Of a DNA stretch of 59,811 nucleotides, positions 57,509-59,811 are shown in pieces. A program made the position numbers and the translations under genes. This DNA is from Candidatus Omnitrophota bacterium (GTDB taxonomy: Bacteria; Omnitrophota; Gorgyraeia; Zapsychrales; Fredricksoniimonadaceae), in the NCBI GenBank assembly GCA_013287965.1, contig JABDCU010000009.1, forward strand, positions 1 to 59,811, read 5' to 3'. How positions within the stretch are numbered: the stretch's first letter is position 1; the number at the start of each line of letters is the position of its first letter. The notes beneath the pieces were generated by a model. That model was not told where the DNA came from and did not search any database. It worked only from the letters and a program-made list of their open reading frames with translations.

Positions 57509-59811
57509 ATGCGGAAAATACGAAAAGCCATTGCCATCGTTGTTTTGGCGGCTTTTATTACAACTTCGGCCCATAATCCGGCTTATGCCCAATTATCCCA
57601 GGAGCCTTTACCTGCGCCTGGGATAATGATTCATTTAAGTCAGGAATTTACGCCTGCGCATTTGACGGGTTTGACCATCCACCCGGACAATGCCCTTCAA
57701 TTCGATTTTCTCATCCACCGCGGGGATGAGCCTTTAACTGGTCCTCAAAAACGGCAAGAATACAAAAAATTAGTCAAATATTTCCTCGCTTCATTGACCA
57801 TACCTGATGAAGACCAGTGGGTCAACTTGTCTCCCTATGAAAAGGACCGTATTATCAAGGATGATTTTGGCAAGACCGAAATGGGCCGTGACCTTCTGAG
57901 TCAAGATTACATGCTCAAGCAAATCACTTCAAGTTTGATCTATCCGGAAGATGGTCTGGGCAAGAAATTTTGGGAAAGGATCTACGAGCGCGCTTGGAGC
58001 GAATATCACACCACTCAAATTCCAGTGAATACTTTTAACAAGGTCTGGATTATCCCAGACCAAGCCATTGTCTATGAAAGCGGCAATACCGCCTATATCC
58101 TCAAAAGCCATTTAAAGGTGATGTTAGAAGAGGATTATTTGTCACTTCAAAAACATAACAAAAATAACACCCACTCCATCGACTCCCAGACTATCCGTGA
58201 AATAGTCCTTCCGGCATTAGAGGAAGAAGTTAACGAGGGCAAGAATTTTTCAAACTTGCGGCAAATGTACAGCGGAATGATACTTGCGACTTGGTATAAG
58301 AAAGCTTTGAAAGAGTCCCTTTTAGGAAAAATTTACGCGGACAAAGCCAAGGTCAAGGGTGTTGACCAAGATCCAAAAACCAATGAGGTCATTTATCAGC
58401 GATACTTGAAAGCTTTTAAAAAGGGTGTGTTTAATTATATCAAAGAAGACGTGGACAAATACACCAATGAAGCTATTGCAAGGAAGTATTTCTCCGGTGG
58501 TTTTACGAAAAATACTTTGGTTGATGGAGCAATGATTGTCGTTAAATCTGGGGACAGGGAAACACATTTTTTAAACCCAGAGGAATTTGAAAATGCCAAA
58601 AGAGAAGGATTGAAGTCGGATATTGTATACGTTGTTTTGAACAATTTTTCTAATACTTTAAAGGATGCGTTAGCAGGGCACGGATGGTATCTAAAAGGCG
58701 ACGGCCCCGACGCGGCGATGAGGGCTGATGAAGTGACGGAGATCCAAAGATATGATGAAGAAGTGGTGGGGAGATTAGGTCCCAAGGAAACCGGCCATGC
58801 TTGGCAAGGATATAAAATGGGGGAGATAACTTTTTTTGGCCTGCCATTTAAAGAGGGGATGAATGCGTATGTCTTAGGCATAACATACAAGGGAAAGGAC
58901 CGACGGCTTGTGATTGTCCCAGGTTCCTCAGATCAACTTTCTTATATGCTCGTTCAATTATATCAGGACGGGAATTGTCGGCGAGATATGAAGAGTTTAT
59001 TGCGTCAGGGGAAAACGGATGATGATTTAGCGGACTATTTGGTCAATAGGATTCAAAAGATCATGCAGGTAAATGCTTTTCATAATGGATTTGAGAGTGG
59101 GGTGTTGCGTCAATACGATGATGCTTTGTTAGAAAATGTGTTTCAGAATGTGATGAAGGTTGTTGAAAAAGCGGGGCAGGAAAGGCGTGATTTGATTACC
59201 TACCATAATCCTTATCATTGGAACGAACTTTTACATTTTATTGATGAGTATGTCAAAACACAACCGCTTTCCCAGCAAGCAATAAGGCTTTTACGGGAAG
59301 CTGTATACCGCCATGATGAAGGTTATTATTCAATGCGGACGCCCCACGAGCAAGACAAGTGGCTTTCAGACGGACATGAGAACGTAGCGATGAAAAGGGT
59401 TAAAACAGAAGCTCCTTGTTTTGAAACAGATATTGTCGCATTTTTAATAGACCACACAAAGGTAATTTTTGACCGTCAATTCAATACAGATACATTGAAG
59501 AAACCTGATCTGCCTGCCATCGATGAAATGATGCAGCGTGAGAAGGATGTTTATCTGGATATTGTTGAAAAATTAAATAATGGAAGAAGGGCGTTGAAGG
59601 ATTCTACAATGGATTTTTTGAGGGTGAATTTTCCTCATTGGAGTTCCGAAGATCTGCCTTTTGAAGACCTGCCTTTAATCCGAGATATTCTTGTGGGAGC
59701 CAGGATGATCGCTGTGGCTGACATATACGGCCATGACAGGAATATGGTTCCACTGACCGTCGGCCTGTGGCGGGAATTTGATGTGGAACGAAATCCCGCA
59801 AAACAAGCGAC
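57509..59811 (+). CDS. Large exported multidomain protein (3' partial, at least 767 aa) with an HD-type phosphohydrolase module
   Basis: Manual translation finds no stop from ATG 57509 to the window end. MRKIRKAIAIVVLAAF.. signal peptide; leader domain LVKYFLASLTIP..WVNLSPYEKDRII..GRDLLSQDYMLKQIT..RKYFSGG; then YHNPYH, HDEGY, GHE, IAVADIYG. Confidence 0.85.
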   Translation, partial: MRKIRKAIAIVVLAAFITTSAHNPAYAQLSQEPLPAPGIMIHLSQEFTPAHLTGLTIHPDNALQFDFLIHRGDEPLTGPQKRQEYKKLVKYFLASLTIPDEDQWVNLSPYEKDRIIKDDFGKTEMGRDLLSQDYMLKQITSSLIYPEDGLGKKFWERIYERAWSEYHTTQIPVNTFNKVWIIPDQAIVYESGNTAYILKSHLKVMLEEDYLSLQKHNKNNTHSIDSQTIREIVLPALEEEVNEGKNFSNLRQMYSGMILATWYKKALKESLLGKIYADKAKVKGVDQDPKTNEVIYQRYLKAFKKGVFNYIKEDVDKYTNEAIARKYFSGGFTKNTLVDGAMIVVKSGDRETHFLNPEEFENAKREGLKSDIVYVVLNNFSNTLKDALAGHGWYLKGDGPDAAMRADEVTEIQRYDEEVVGRLGPKETGHAWQGYKMGEITFFGLPFKEGMNAYVLGITYKGKDRRLVIVPGSSDQLSYMLVQLYQDGNCRRDMKSLLRQGKTDDDLADYLVNRIQKIMQVNAFHNGFESGVLRQYDDALLENVFQNVMKVVEKAGQERRDLITYHNPYHWNELLHFIDEYVKTQPLSQQAIRLLREAVYRHDEGYYSMRTPHEQDKWLSDGHENVAMKRVKTEAPCFETDIVAFLIDHTKVIFDRQFNTDTLKKPDLPAIDEMMQREKDVYLDIVEKLNNGRRALKDSTMDFLRVNFPHWSSEDLPFEDLPLIRDILVGARMIAVADIYGHDRNMVPLTVGLWREFDVERNPAKQA

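Noticed and set aside
57929-59801. Short minus-strand ORFs listed near the window end
   Set aside because: They lie antisense to the continuous plus-strand ORF starting at 57509

Overview
A 59.8 kb, mostly plus-strand chromosomal window from a diderm bacterium. I infer Candidatus Omnitrophota (OP3) from protein types, especially the final ORF; this is not database-verified. 1-15.6 kb: an envelope and regulatory island with an Mla/Pqi-type ABC lipid transporter, an AsmA-like protein, an autotransporter, a FixL/FixJ-like system with two extra single-domain receivers, a GtrA/acyltransferase/GT4/hydrolase operon and a TPR protein. Five promoters here share one operator-promoter motif, TTATACCnnRGTACAA-TTGWTW-N16-TARRAT. 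15.7-25 kb: a compact P-type (Trb) type IV secretion operon, trbCDEJLFGIB, with no coupling protein, relaxase or integrase in the window. 25-57.5 kb: core genes (pyk, flippase, GH1, smc, cvpA, dnaG, rpoD, aroD, an ABC-TolC exporter, CDF, slyD, SulP, ppx, ppk1, ROK kinase), several with leaderless-type promoters. The SMC lacks a canonical hinge. There are two ~170 bp bulged hairpins between genes and a 29 bp palindromic repeat sitting in-frame in two proteins. 57.5 kb to the end: an ORF missing from the supplied track that runs off the window, with a signal peptide, a leader domain resembling Omnitrophota giant proteins, DxAM motifs and an HD-type phosphohydrolase module. I found no tRNA, rRNA, CRISPR array, transposase or phage genes.
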